Notes: generated by a model not told the origin, from the letters alone. A stretch of 63,368 nucleotides of DNA, filler included, from Reticulomyxa filosa (GCA_000512085.1; 18 parts of 18 records of this genome joined end to end with filler, not necessarily neighbours in it); one strand, 5' to 3'; positions 39,868-53,240 are shown, counted from the whole stretch's first letter. Numbers and translations: made by a program.

Positions 39868-40789
39868 TTATAATCCTTTTAATTTTCTTCTGTAATCAGG
39901 TTTGTGTATTAAATAGAATGACCAAATAATTTCTATGAATGCAATGATATATTCTCCAACAATTAATAATGTACATTCTTCGAATTCACTCTATATGTGT
40001 ATATGTAAATGTATAAATAAATTGATTAAAAAAAAGAAAATATATATATATATATATATATATATACCCATAAAGAAGCAAATAAATGTAAAATCATTGC
40101 AATCCACCATTGTAATGTAGATTTTTTATAAAAACCATTAAAAAAAATAATCATTAAAGAAATATGTTGAATAAAAATTGGAGGAGTTAAATAAACAGCT
40201 TTAGTAATAACACTAAATGTAGAACATTGATTAAATTGAAAATAAGTTCCAGGACCAATTGATTTTGAAATAATTGGAGAATAAAATAATAATATATGAA
40301 CAATTCCCCAACCAAATCCACTTGAAATTGCTCCAAATAAATCATTCATTGGAAAAACTACTTTATTTGTTGATATTGATTCAAAAGAATTATGAAATTT
40401 TGTATAAAAACGATAATAAATTGGTCTTATTCCTTCAATTACTAATACTCCAATTAAAATAAACATTGTTAATGAACTTTGTAAAAATGGTAATAATTTC
40501 CATAATACACTATTTACCATTATTGCGCATAAATAAAATGCCATACTTTATTTATTTATTTATTTTTATTTATTTTTATTTTTTTATTTTTTTATTTTTA
40601 TTTATTTATATGTACATTTTATGCATATTTATTCTTTATTCTAAATTAATCAACATACCTAGCAATAGCAAGCACTACATGTTGTGGTTTACGTCCGATC
40701 ACAAACACCAAAAAAGCAAAAGGTACACTATAAGCATACAAGAGACAGCCTACAAAATAAACCATATCCCTATTCGTTGTTTTTAGCAT
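39868..40789 (-). CDS. APH1: Gamma-secretase subunit APH-1, 3 exons
   Basis: Seven hydrophobic segments: MVYFVGCLLYAYSVP, KPQHVVLAIA, EGIR, SSGFGWG (GxxxG), SIGPGT, and the two conserved His (QHIS, LHLFAS). Start is 40789 or 40765. Confidence 0.85.
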
Positions 40790-41179
40790 TGTTTTAGTGA
40801 GTTTTTTTTTTTTATATAAAAAGTTCAGAGAGTTTTTTCTTCAAGTCACCTGGTTCCAGTTAAGTTTGCAACTTTTCAATATTTACAAATATAATGATAT
40901 TAGATTTATATAATTCAATGTTACTCTTTTTTATGTCTTGAAAAACATTGATCATATAAAACAAAAAGTAAATTATGTTATGTTTCAATTGATTGATCGC
41001 TAATCGCACCGAAAGATGTGATAGCAAATTGAAGAATATTAAGTTTAAGCTATATTTTTGCAAAGATTGACCCTTTTCTTTTCAGTAACGCCAAAATCTT
41101 AAATCAGTTAATACCGAATTGGTGTCCAGAAGTTCGTGAACCGGGACCCTAAAAGTGAGTTTTTTTATAATAAAAAAGG

Positions 41180-42222
41180 ATGAAGCCACCAACAACTAAT
41201 GGGACTCCTCATGATACATCTCCCCTTTTGTCAACGGGCCACAACAAAGCACCTTCACTCCATATTCCGTACCAATCAGTGCCATTGAGTTCAGTGCCGA
41301 CAGAGAAAGTAGATACTGTGTTTTTCAGCGAAAGCAAAGCGTGCCCAAAAAAGAAGAGATATGAAAACTGACACAAACATAGACGGCGCAGAGGCAAGCC
41401 AAACACATTCAACAAGTGGTAGCGAATCACATGACGACTTACGAATAATATCGACACAATATCCAAATCGTAGCGAAGGAGGACAAAAAGAGACGGAAGA
41501 TAAAAAACCCAAGCGTGCGTATCCGATTCAAGCATTGCGAAGTAATGAGCCCTATTCATCATGTTGTATATATGTTGGGAAGGTATTGCATAAGTTGAAG
41601 CCATATCTATCGCATATAAAAGTGCTGTGGACAGTGTTATTGTTCAATGCATTGACAGTGTGTATGCTATTGATCATATCACGAGCAGTCAATAGCCCAT
41701 TGTTTGGCAATGGCGCACGTTGGTTGCAATCCAACAGTGATTGGATGCTTATTTCCGCGAACCTTACTGTTATGGCTAGTTATAGTGTGCAGTCATTCTT
41801 GACATTACGACTGTGTCTATCCGTTGGTACGTACACACCATTTAAAAAATAAATGTATATGTATACGTATAAAATGCCAAGAGTTCAATCTTTTTGCTGT
41901 TGAAATTTTTACAAATGTATATACAACCAACAATAACTTGACAAAAAAGGTACGATATTGTTTTCATTATGGGGGCTAACCTCTCGACCAATGCTATTGG
42001 ACGCGGCTTGTTTTAATTTTGTCATGTTTTTATTAAATATTCGCCATGCGTTGATATTGCTGTATGAACGTCGGTACATTGAGTTTTCACCGGAATTTGA
42101 ACAAGTCTATCTGAATGTGTTTGAACCTTATCTGAAACGCACCGATTTTAACGAACTCGTGAAAATCGCATACATTCGCAAAATGAATGCCAATGACATT
42201 TTCAAACAGCAGGGAGATTTGA
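41180..42222 (+). CDS. Popeye-domain (POPDC/BVES-like) membrane protein, 3'-partial
   Basis: LRLCLSVG..FSLWG..D...FNFVMFLLN..H..LLYERRYIEFSPEFEQVYLNVFEP....DFNEL follows the POPDC TM1-3 and Popeye-domain start. Confidence 0.75.
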
Positions 42223-42473
42223 NNNNNNNNNNNNNNNNNNNNNNNNNNNNNNNNNNNNNNNNNNNNTTAATTAATTAANNNNNNNNNNNNNNNNNNNNNN
42301 NNNNNNNNNNNNNNNNNNNNNNAAAAAAAAAAAAAAAAGAAATGTTTTTCACTTCTCCTTTGGTATTATATAAGGCCTTTTTAGTTTGCATGACTTCAAA
42401 GAAGAAAGAAAGGCTAATAATAATAAAAAAAATGGATACCATTTGTCTGATCTTTTTCATTTGCTTTGCACGC

Positions 42474-43254
42474 ACACAAACACCCAAAGAAATGTATGAC
42501 GAATTAATTGAAGCGAAGAAGGAAATTGCCTGCAAGAGAAGCAAAAAACAACAACAAAATATAACCATAGCTACAAGCATTACCTGCAACGTATCCATTT
42601 TCATATTTCGCAAATCGGGAAAATTTAAAGCTCTCAAGTAAAAACTGTCGCATTCGTGGAGCCGATGACGGAACGAATTTGCATTGTAGTCGGATGGGAA
42701 ATTTATGCATCACGAGAGAAGGGTTTAGAACTGGACGACATTTATTCAAGATAAAATGTCGATTAAAATGCCCTAATTTGTCAAATCAAATCGGATTTTT
42801 AACTAATCCTCAATGTGTCGAAATGCCAAATGCTTCTTCGTTGCATCTAAGCCAATGTCCTGAGATTGGACTATCCTATTATTTAATGAGTAATGGCAAA
42901 TTGTATTACTATAACGGATTCGAAAACAAAAGGCGATGCTATATGGAAGAAGAGCTACCAAACGGCAACACATTATCAGCAAATAAAAGGGAAGAAAAGA
43001 CCACTGACACTTTGGACAAAAAAGAATTGAAAAAAAGTCGGGATGACAGTTCCAAAGAAAATTTTGCTGAGGTCAAATGGAGAAGTGGAGATACGATTGT
43101 TTTGTTATTGGATTGTGACAGCCAGCAAATTATTTTTTATGTCAATCATTTCTTAGTTGGGGTTATTAAGGACATACCTACTGATCACGCTTATTATCTA
43201 GCCATTCGTTGCTGTAGTAAAGTTAACCATTGTGATTATGAATGTATCAAATAA
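42474..43254 (+). CDS. SPRY/B30.2-like domain protein, 5'-partial
   Basis: GRHLFKIK..IGF..WRSGDTIVLLLDCDSQQIIFYVN..YYLAI. Confidence 0.7.
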
Positions 43255-43499
43255 CTTCAAAGATTATCTGCATGCATGTTGTAGGCTACTACCGTTCTTT
43301 TTCTTTTTGTGTGTTTTTTTGGTTAAATTCGATGTCGGGTCCATAGTTTGTTTAATTTTTTATGTTGGTTCAAAACGAGTGAGATCTTCTTTCTTTTTTT
43401 GTGATTTGTAAAACGAAAAAAATCAAGTGTTTAAATCTGCACTGCAAAACAAAAGTCAAATTTTTTATTTAGACGCTAGCACAAGATGCGTTTAAACCT

Positions 43500-44669
43500 G
43501 TGAAAAACATCAAATTGAAAGTCAATTATTACCATTGTCAAAACAAAGAAATGTTTGTGTTTAGAGATTATCCTTTCTTTGCCATGTTGTTCAATATTGA
43601 TCCAGATAAAAATCGTACTGTTCAAGTGAAGCAAATTGTCCGAAATTGGTTACGAAATAATATATCATCCACCAACTTAGTTTGGCTTGTGGACGTAATT
43701 GAAATAATAGCCCACTACTACGGGGGTACTATTGGTCAACAATTTACAATCGGACAACTTGTGTTCCTCTGCTCACAAGACCCAAAGGATGAAAATAAAG
43801 AAAGAGTGATTAAAGTTGAATCTGACACTTATGGTACACCAGTAAAAATCAGTTGGGGACGGACGCCAAATCGTCATATATACTTACATGACATTGACTA
43901 TATTACCCACGGGCACTATACACCCAATTTTTTATTGCGATCTCAACAAGAAGAACCACATTCATTATTAGATCCTCTAAATTGCATCTCCATAGTTTCT
44001 AAGAAAAAAAACCCTATCAATTCTCACATAATCATTGATTTAATATTTGAAAATGTCAGTACTGCTCAACAATGGGTGACAATGTTAAGATCATCTCTTG
44101 ATCAAAGTGACGAATGGTCACAAAAGCAGTCCGAGCAATGCTTGGATATGTTATTGCACCAATCACGACCAATAAATTCTAACATCTCTGAAAAAACCAT
44201 CACGAATGAAAAAGCGTCATTTGTAACGATGTACAATAAGGTTATTGACACTGCGCTGAGTTTAATAAAGGAAGAAAATTACATTAGTACTGATGCCAGA
44301 ATACTTCGAGCAAGAGTCAATTGTGATGACATGTGGGAATTATGCCAAGAGATGAACCTATCTCCGGATGAATGGAAAGAATGGCTGACTGACATGGTTC
44401 ATGAAGAGTTGTCACAGACTCAATCACTTTTGTATTACCCTTCGACTGACGCTGTCGACATCAATGACCAACAAAACAATTTGCTTTGGAATGTATTTAT
44501 GGACGATTTTATGAATCATAACATTGAATTTGGAGTGAAAAATGATGACTTAGACGACATAAAAAAAGAGGAAAGAGAAAAAGCATATTTGTCAAAAAAA
44601 GAAGATGCTTCTGATGAAAAAACGAGAGTAGAAGATGAAAAAGAAGATGGTGCATGTTTGATTATGTAA
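43500..44669 (+). CDS. PH-like domain protein with C-terminal CaaX box
   Basis: ISWG..IYLHDIDYITHG..T..F..CISIV..IDLIF....AQQWVTMLR resembles PLC/Num1-type PH domains; ends CLIM-stop. Start uncertain. Confidence 0.65.
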   Translation: MKNIKLKVNYYHCQNKEMFVFRDYPFFAMLFNIDPDKNRTVQVKQIVRNWLRNNISSTNLVWLVDVIEIIAHYYGGTIGQQFTIGQLVFLCSQDPKDENKERVIKVESDTYGTPVKISWGRTPNRHIYLHDIDYITHGHYTPNFLLRSQQEEPHSLLDPLNCISIVSKKKNPINSHIIIDLIFENVSTAQQWVTMLRSSLDQSDEWSQKQSEQCLDMLLHQSRPINSNISEKTITNEKASFVTMYNKVIDTALSLIKEENYISTDARILRARVNCDDMWELCQEMNLSPDEWKEWLTDMVHEELSQTQSLLYYPSTDAVDINDQQNNLLWNVFMDDFMNHNIEFGVKNDDLDDIKKEEREKAYLSKKEDASDEKTRVEDEKEDGACLIM

Positions 44670-45005
44670 CTTTGTTTTTGTTGTTCGAAGAAATCAATTG
44701 AAACTACAATCCAAAAAATTGTAATGGACAATTTTGTTTGTATCATCAATAAGCACTTGCAGCAAGAAAACTTTATTTGAAGTATGGCACGTTATAAATT
44801 ATGTAAAGAAGAACAGTTCATTACTTTAATTATCACTTATTTGATGCGTAACATTTTGTGTCAATTACTACAATTTCAACACAAACTTTTTACGTTTCTT
44901 AGTGATTTTGGGTTAATTGCTGTTGATTATTTTCTAGCTGAAGAACAAATTTGAATTACCGTTTTCTTCCACTACCACCTCACAACAGTAAATAAAAAAA
45001 GAGTT

Positions 45006-48000
45006 CTAGTTTTGGCTGTGGTGGTCAGCTTCGCTGGAGTTTTCGTTTTCATTTCCAGGGTGTAAAAATGCATTAGCAATTTCTATGTCGTTTTTGCTAT
45101 CCGTTTCGCTGGCTACTTCATGTTCTACACTTTTTTCTTCACGCCATTCTTTTGATGGGATCACACTTTCATTTGAATTTTTGTGTTTTGAGGTGTCTTC
45201 TCCATCTTCATCCATTTCAGTAAGCAGAAACTCCACCCATAAATCTGCCAGATTTTTGGTGTCCTTTCCGTCTTTTATTTTGTTAACATTAGCGTTAGTT
45301 TCATTCTCGAGCCTTGGTAAGGCCCCAGTGAATGGTATCCATGATGTAGCGTAGCCCCATAGGCCATCTTTGTTTGTATTTTGTGCTTTGTGCTTCAGCA
45401 CATTACATTTCTTTTTTCTTCTTCACTGAAATTCAAAATGTTTCCCATAAGCTGAATGACTTCTTGTGTGTCGCCATTATTGTGTAATCTCTCAAAGAAG
45501 GTGACAAGCAATTTATTTACTAGTCTTCGATCTACTTGGTTTTCATTGGACGAAAAGGCTTTCAATTTATTGATTGTCTTTTGCAAACCATTGCGTAGAG
45601 TGGAATTTTCGTTTTCCAAGCGTAAAATGTATTTTTGTGAATGAGTCAATTTTGTGCGAACTTCTGCCAATTGTTTGGTTGCACTCTCGTACTTATCTCG
45701 CCATTGAGTTATCTCCAATTGTACTTGCTCAATTGCAGACGCACTTTTTTGCCCTTGCCTGTGGTATTATCATATTAGATAAAAAAACTTTATTAAAATA
45801 AAGATGATGAAATAAATTGAGCAAATAAACAAACATCTTATTATTTTCGGCAGCTAATTTTTCATTTTTTTGAATCTCTTCCAATTTGTGGAACTGTACT
45901 TGCAAATTATTGTATGCCAACTGTAGGTTATTAAATGCGACTGTTTTGGTTTCAAGTTCGCTTGCCATGTGCTTACATTTTCCTTGTAATGCAGTGAAAT
46001 CTTGTTCCAATCCTGCTAATGCATTCAGTTCCAATTTCAACGAATTGATGGTACGATTTAAAGACGCGATTTCTTCTTCTTTTTCCAAAAGATCTTCTCT
46101 GTGTTGATCTAAAGACAGTCGAAGCGTTTCATGTTCATTTTTCGATGCTGCGATTTCTTCTAGTAATTCTTTGACCTTTTCTGATGCCACGCTAGTCTCT
46201 GTCACATCTGATTGAATTTTACTGTGTAATTGTTGCATTAGATCCTCTTTTTGAGCGTGCAACACTTGTATTTGCTTCTCTTTGTTTTTTAATTCAGCTT
46301 CAAGCGAATCGCCTCTCTCTTGCTCTTGCTCAATTATTTCTTGAGATCTGTCATTGTGTTTACATTTTTTTTTTTAGGAAAAAAAAATGAAGTGAACATA
46401 ATTATTCTTTTGTTGACTTCAAAACTGAATTCTTGATTCTTCGATTGCTTTTTTATATTTTTCGTTTTCTTTTTTGTTTTTGTCAAATCATTTTCCATGT
46501 TAGTGTTTTCTGATCTCAGTTCATCAACTTCGTTAACTAAATTTTTCAATTGTTTTTGTAATTGTTCTCTTTGTTCTTCTGACCGCGTCAATTCTTCTGT
46601 TACTCGTGCATTGCTTTGTCTTAACTGCTCCACAAATTCCATACTCTTCACCAGTTCTTGATGAGCTTTTTGTTTGGTCTTCGCTAACTGTTGGATTTCC
46701 TATTGCATTTTTGTAAACGCAAGTATTGTAAAAGGGACAGTCTGCTTTTGTGTATGTGATTTATACATTATTCAATTGATTATTGGCTTGCGCTTGGGCT
46801 TCGTGTTGCTGTGTTAATTTTTTCAGCAAGGACTGCAAGTGTTGAACAATGTCCTCAATACTTTGTGTCTCCTCGACAACACCCTCGCCTCCGCCATATT
46901 CTGAAATCAAGGTCCACAATGGACGCAGTAAGTTAGCGAATCTCTCTTCAGTACTTGATTCTATGTAGCAATACAAAAGAATTCATTCATCGAACGAATG
47001 TATGGCGAATACACAATTGAATGCAAGCAACTTAACTATTGACAGTTACGTTTTGGCGAAGTTCATGCAGTTGCTGTTTCAAGTCCGCATTTTCTTTACG
47101 AATGATTTGTAGCTCCTTGTTGTATTTACCCTCTTCGTCAGCTATAACTTCTTTTTCATGAATTTGTTTCTGCGTTTCAAAAACACATTCAATTTTGCTT
47201 TGTTTGTGTACAAACAAAGAACCCCTGGAACATATCTTCACCTGCCTGAGTTCTTTCTCCAAATTCTTGTTTTGATTAAACAAAGTGTTTTTTTCTCGTG
47301 ACAACGTTTGCAAGTGTTTGGAGAGTGTAACAGCCGTCGGTCTGATGGTTTCACGTAAATATTTGATGACATCGTTTTTAAAGTGGTTCAGGTCCTCATT
47401 GCTCGTTATACTTTTTTGTTCGAATTCGTTCAATCCAAATTGCGGATACTTTATTGAAAACGCGCACAAAAAGTGTAAATTGGACAAACATTTATTTTTT
47501 AATAATTTATGTGTCAAATCCATATAAAGCAAAGCCCTATTCATTTTTTTGTTTGAACAAATCAATTATACTTGGCCAGCCACTATTTTGTTGGAATTGC
47601 TCCTTTCAAATTGTAATGTTTGATTCTCTTCTTGAATTTTTGCCATTTGTCGTTGCTATTGTTTCATTGATCCATTTGGAAATTCCAATGTGTCATTCTA
47701 TAACACACAAAACATAGAATGGAGAGATGTACCAATGACTGATAGTCTAATTTTCCTTTGTATAATTCACTCTGCAACTTTTCCACCTCTTGTTTTAATG
47801 CTTGCGTTTTTCGTTCTTGCGTCGAATTTGGCTCAGTGTTGCCCAAGGGCTTAGACTCTTTTTGCTTTTTCTGGATTTTTCAAACCAAAATTCAGAAAAT
47901 AATACGATAACAAAACAAAGCAAACTTAACCAAACTTGTTCTGCGATTATTTGCTCTTGCTTTTCAATGGTACTTCGCTTTGATTCGACATCTTTTTTTA

Positions 48001-48475
48001 AACTGATCACTTCTTTTTTATTTTCCTGGCATTCTTGTCTCAATTTTCGAATTGTTTCTGTTTGCCTTTCCATTTTGGCAGTCAAATCGCTGAGGTCATT
48101 GGTTTTTTGAATGTTGGTCGCGTTTGCATTAGCATTTTCTGGTTTTTCATATCCCGCTAATCTCGTTTGCAGTTCTGCTATTTGAGCCTATTATTTAAAT
48201 AATTTCAATTACACGTATCTGATAATTACATCTCAAAGAGAAACTGCTTGTTGTTGATAGGCTTCTTGTGTTTCTTGAAGCATTTGTTGCAAGCGATTAT
48301 CGTCCAAATTTGCGGCTTCTTGTGCTTCCGAAAGCTGTACAACCAACAAGCAAAAGGGATTCCATTTTCTGTATTAAAAAAGATAACTCACTTCGCTCAC
48401 AAGGCCTTTTGTAAATGTTGACACATTTTGTATGCCTGATTGAGCACGCTCCGTCCAAGAGCCAATCCACGACAT
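45006..48475 (-). CDS. GRAB-domain golgin (GMAP-210/TRIP11/Rud3 family), multi-exon coiled coil
   Basis: Long coiled-coil exons, GRAB VDRRLVNKLLVTFF..EVIQLMGNILNFSEEEK, GA1 motif LADLWVEFLLTE. First exon 48475-48392 reads MSWIGSWTERAQSGIQNVSTFTKGLVSE. Confidence 0.85.
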
Positions 48476-49852
48476 TAAAATTATTTCCTCAAAAATGGCT
48501 CATACACTGCGAAAATTCAACGAACTTCTCAGGCACGACCGAGTTTACTGGTTTAGTACGAAGTACACAGATATTTATACATAATAATCTCAATAACCAG
48601 ATAATCAAAAGGTTTTTATTTTCTCAAGCAGCGGTGCAGATTTTGGAATCGTAGCACTATAGATTTTTTGTATTGCTCATCAAAAGAAAGTACAGTGTAA
48701 TATAATGTACAAACCAAAAACTGAACGCAGGTAGAATATCTCGAAATACCTGAATATGGTATCGTTGGGTAGAATCTACTTGAATAATGATTTGGACAAC
48801 TAATTCGTTAATAGATACATTCTTAACTGAGTAACTGCCAATTGAAAGGAAAAGGAAAAAGAAATTCATCAAATGAAACATAATACTATCAAATGAAATA
48901 AAAAATAATAGAGTAGACAGCTGACGTTTTAATTTATACGTAACGAACGAGCACAAAGTTTAATCAATATGAAAATCTGCTTAAGAAAGAAAAATTAAAA
49001 AAGATTAAGCAATGATGTGATCTAGAAGCTTTTTTCAATATATTCTTGTTAATGTTTTCGAGTTAGTACAATAATTTGATACTATTTCAATAAAATGTAA
49101 AAGAATTTTAAATTTAAAAAATTAAAACCATTTTCGTTAAATAGCGTTCGTAAAAATTTTTACTAGTAAATTTTTTCTACTAGTTGAAAATATCAAATAT
49201 TGTGAAATGTCAGGTCTTGCAACTACTCAACGAGCCAAACGGAGTTGTAGTAAACATTAGGACAACAGACTGTCAGGGACAAGCAAAAATGGCAAATAAA
49301 ATTAAGCACTTTGTTATTAAATAAGTCAAATAACTTCAAATTTTTTTTTATTATGACAAGCGTTTAAATTTTTTTTTGTTTTGGTTTTCTTTATTTGTTG
49401 AAAGAAGTAGATTGAATCTTAATATTTTATGAGAATTCAACAATTTGAAAACAAGGACTCAGATAGCAACGCTAATGTAATACTACTGACAATATACAGT
49501 GAAGAATCAAAATTGTTTTTACAACAGTTGATTGATCTCGCATTACAACCTTTGAGATTTGATTTGTTTTTTTTTGATATTTTAATGATTAATCAAAACT
49601 TAAATATGTTTTTTCGATTGTTGTTGTCGATTGTATGTAGTTTTGAGAAATTTTTATTGATCATACTTTTACTTTTGTTTTCTTTAGATTACTTTATTCC
49701 TTTTGGGACGAAGTGCTAGTTTTTTAAGACTGGGACAAGATCTAATTCAGCTAAAAAAAAAAGACATGTTCAACAGGAATTTCGATATTATAACATTCTC
49801 TAGCCTAAAAAAAAAAATAAAAGGCATTAATACCACAATTGACTTAATATAG

Positions 49853-50160
49853 AATGGAGTTCCTGAAATCTATTGGATTACAAAACTTTCTGGTATTCCT
49901 GTGAATGAAAGAGCTTATATTGTTGTAAAGATAGCAAGACTTAAAGCTGAAGTAGACCAATCTGAATTATTGAATTTCAATGGACTGAGTTTTTTTTACT
50001 GAAGAATGGAACAGACACTAGATTTGTGAAGGAAATGAGATAGAGTGTAACAAGAATATCAAAAGATTCCTGATCAATCTGATTGAAACACAGTCGTTTG
50101 AAAAAAGTATACTTCACAAATTAAATTTACATGAACGCAGACATATTTATAAGACAAATC
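49853..50160 (+). pseudogene. LINE-type RNase H C-terminal relic
   Basis: PEIYWITKLSGIPVNERAYIVVKIA is a degenerate W..GHSGI.GNE.AD..AK, followed by LHKLNLHERRHIY. Confidence 0.55.
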
Positions 50161-50299
50161 GTATTGAATAGATATTTCAAGATCAAACAACTTCAAGTTC
50201 AAGGTGTCGAACATGAGAAATTTGTTGATTGAAGACAAAATATGGTAGCCTGAATCAAAGTAGTTTTTTATCTGTCGATGTTTGCAATAGATAGGGCAA

Positions 50300-50617
50300 A
50301 TGGACAAATATATGAGTGAGATTGGAGACGTATTGATGAAAGAGGAACGATGCTCCGAGGAAATGGTGGACACCATCGGTTGTCTTTTGTCAGGTGTCGT
50401 CCCTTGGAAGTTTTCAAAACTTTGGTGCAATGGTTTAGGCCCGGAGGATCATTTATCGCTGTTTTTACAAGAAATGATGCGAAAGTGGAGGCAGCTCATT
50501 GTTTGGAGCCACCGTCTATCTGCTGGTCAATTCTTTGACTCTCCTATTTGCTTGGGCGATTGCTTCTATCCAAAAGCTCTTTTGGATGCTTTTAGACAAT
50601 ATATTGCCAGACAAAGT
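50300..50617 (+). pseudogene. Dynein heavy chain C-terminal domain fragment, dynein-2-like
   Basis: LLSGVVPWKFSKLW..GPED..FL..W..PICLGDCFYPKALLDAFRQYIARQ. An in-frame TAG lies just upstream and no preceding dynein exons are on this contig. Confidence 0.6.
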
Positions 50618-50827
50618 TTGGAGTCACTCTTTTTTTCTTTCTCTCTCTCTCTNNNNNNNNNNNNNNNNNNNNNNNNNNNNNNNNNNNNNNNNNNNNTTAA
50701 TTAATTAANNNNNNNNNNNNNNNNNNNNNNNNNNNNNNNNNNNNNNNNNNNNAAAAAAAAAAAAAACTAAGAGATGCACAAACGTTTTGGTCGCTTATTT
50801 GTGAATTTGAGGCGGCGTTGTCATCTT

Positions 50828-51460
50828 TCACGATAGCATTTGATTCTCCTGTTGAATCCACGGTAGGATTTGATACACCTTCGTTCGTCTCTGTTGTATT
50901 TTTGTTACCGTTTTGGTCGTGTCAAGTTGTTGTTTGGAAATAATACCACCTTTATTGTCAGGACTTGTCGTTACAGTCAGGTTCTCGGTTTCCTGTTCAC
51001 ACCATTCTTTTGTCACTTTTTCAACGTTTCTCTTCAAAGCAGAATACTCTACAAAATATCTTTTTTGAGCAAAACTGAGGATGTCATCAAAGATAAGTAG
51101 GTATGTTTTTCTCCCTGTACTTGATTGAACTTTGGAAACAAAGGAGAAGCAGTGATTATATTATACTCAAGATGATCAGATAGATTGAGTCCCTTTTTTT
51201 ACCCAAATCTAAATAAAAAATGAAACACTGATAGTATCAGCCCAATATTGATTCTGTGCGATAGTACGTCATCAAGGTTCGGCTTCTTTTCTGTTAAAAA
51301 AGGATAAAAAACGCGTTTCAAAGTAAAATCCGACAAAAAAAAAGAATTAATATGAAACAGCTTCGTCAAGTGTTTCCTACCAATGACAGCATCTTTAATC
51401 TCAAAAAATATTTTCCCCGGAAGTTGCACATTTCTTATGGGATCTGCAATTTCTGGACTT
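50828..51460 (-). CDS. 3' exons of a hypothetical protein
   Basis: Short open frames separated by intron-like AT tracts; no family recognised. Confidence 0.3.
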
Positions 51461-52705
51461 AAGATAATTGTGATTTCATTTTTTGTGATAATAAGACACT
51501 TGCTGCAAGCAATATATAATTATGATAAACTTGATAAATATGCATATAGAAAATACGTATGCACAAATATGAAAATGTACATATAAAAAAAATACGTATA
51601 AACATATACATAAATAAATCAAGAAAAAAAAAAAGATAGAGGGAAAAGCAACAAAAAAACAGATGTCGCATAAAAAGGTATAGCCTGTACAGACTCAAGC
51701 ACAAGCGACAAATAAAAATAAACAAATGGCCAATTAAATAACAAATAACAGTTTTGCCATTTAATTAAAAAAAAACAACAAGCCACAAAAAGATTGAGTC
51801 AGTCCCATCAAAGCTCGTGCGACCAAAAAAACAATGATAGCCTTTTTCTGAACAGCGTGTCTAACACACAAATATCAATATTAACTTCAGCAAATCTTGT
51901 TATTCCAAGAAATGAAAGCATCAATTATCTTATGCCTGGAAATTGCACAAATTAAAAGAGATATGCAACTTTTATGGAAATTCAATTATTATGAAAATGT
52001 ATTTATTGTTGCAGAAACATACGATGAAACTTTGAAAATTGAGCAATGTATTGTTGTTATGAATTAACAATCAAATTCTCAAAATGTTCGCAAGTGGCCA
52101 TTGGTTTATACTTTTATTAGTATTGATTATTCATTAAAATGCTGAAATGAATAATAAAAAAAAGGCAATGTTGATGTACCAAGAGGAAACATAATTTAAT
52201 GAAAGTTTCTAGTCTCTTACTTTGTATGCGTAATTTTCTTATTATTGTTTAACAGGAATTATAATAAAAAACTTACCAAACTGTTTTCTGAAGAGAAATT
52301 GTCCGATTATGGGAGATTGGCTCTAGTTATTGACAATTGGAGCCAATCGTGGTGCATATGTTTGATGTTTGTTGAAGTTTCTTGGGTTTGTAATACTTGC
52401 GTTTCTGTATTCTTGTAATTGCTCCTGTTGACGTCTTTGTTCTTGAAAGTTGTTTGACTCTGGAGTGGTGCCTAAATCATTCTTTTGAGCTTGTTATTTT
52501 ATTTTTTTTACACAATTACAAATATTATTAGCAAAATACATGTTTCACGTCAATGGGCCCAGAAAAGTCTGATGCTGCGAAAAAAATTGCACTATTAAGA
52601 AAAGTATATTTTTTGCACTCTCGTAAAACCAAACGATTGAACCTGCTTACCTTGACTACAAGGGAAATTATTTTTTTTATTATTTCGCATTATTTGTAAT
52701 TAACT

Positions 52706-53240
52706 ATGTCTGCTCCCAATACAGAAGCGTCGTCTGGCCCAACGTGGTTATGGTGGCGAAAATTTCGCTACATGACCCAATTGGACGAGGATGAGAATGA
52801 TCAAGAGTACCAACAACTGATAGAATACAAGCGCATTCATCTTCCCACCATTTATTTTGTATGTTTGATTTCTTTTCCTTCACTTCAAATTGGTTATTGA
52901 ACACGAGGCCTTAAAACGGCAGCATGTGAAAAAGTATCACACATCTTGTTTTTTGTGTGTTTGCAATAAACAAATACAATGAAACCTAACAACGACAACA
53001 ACAAAATCGGCGGTGTATTTCGAAAGCCTTTCGCGGTTATTGTTTTGGCAGTTAAGCCCCCCAATTTTTTAAAATTTACGTATGTTCAAAAAAAAAAAAA
53101 AGGATGTGACACAATGAGATTTGGGATTTTGGTTGTGGTGGACATTAGATTGTAGGTTTGATATACGATGAAGTGTCAGACGGCACAGTCAAATTGTATT
53201 TCGATAGCCAAGAATATGGAATTAAATCCATTTCTTATGT
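52706..53240 (+). CDS. 5' exons of a hypothetical protein
   Basis: ATG-initiated exon MSAPNTEASSGPTWLWW.. ending at a GTATGT donor; contig ends in intronic poly-T. Confidence 0.35.
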
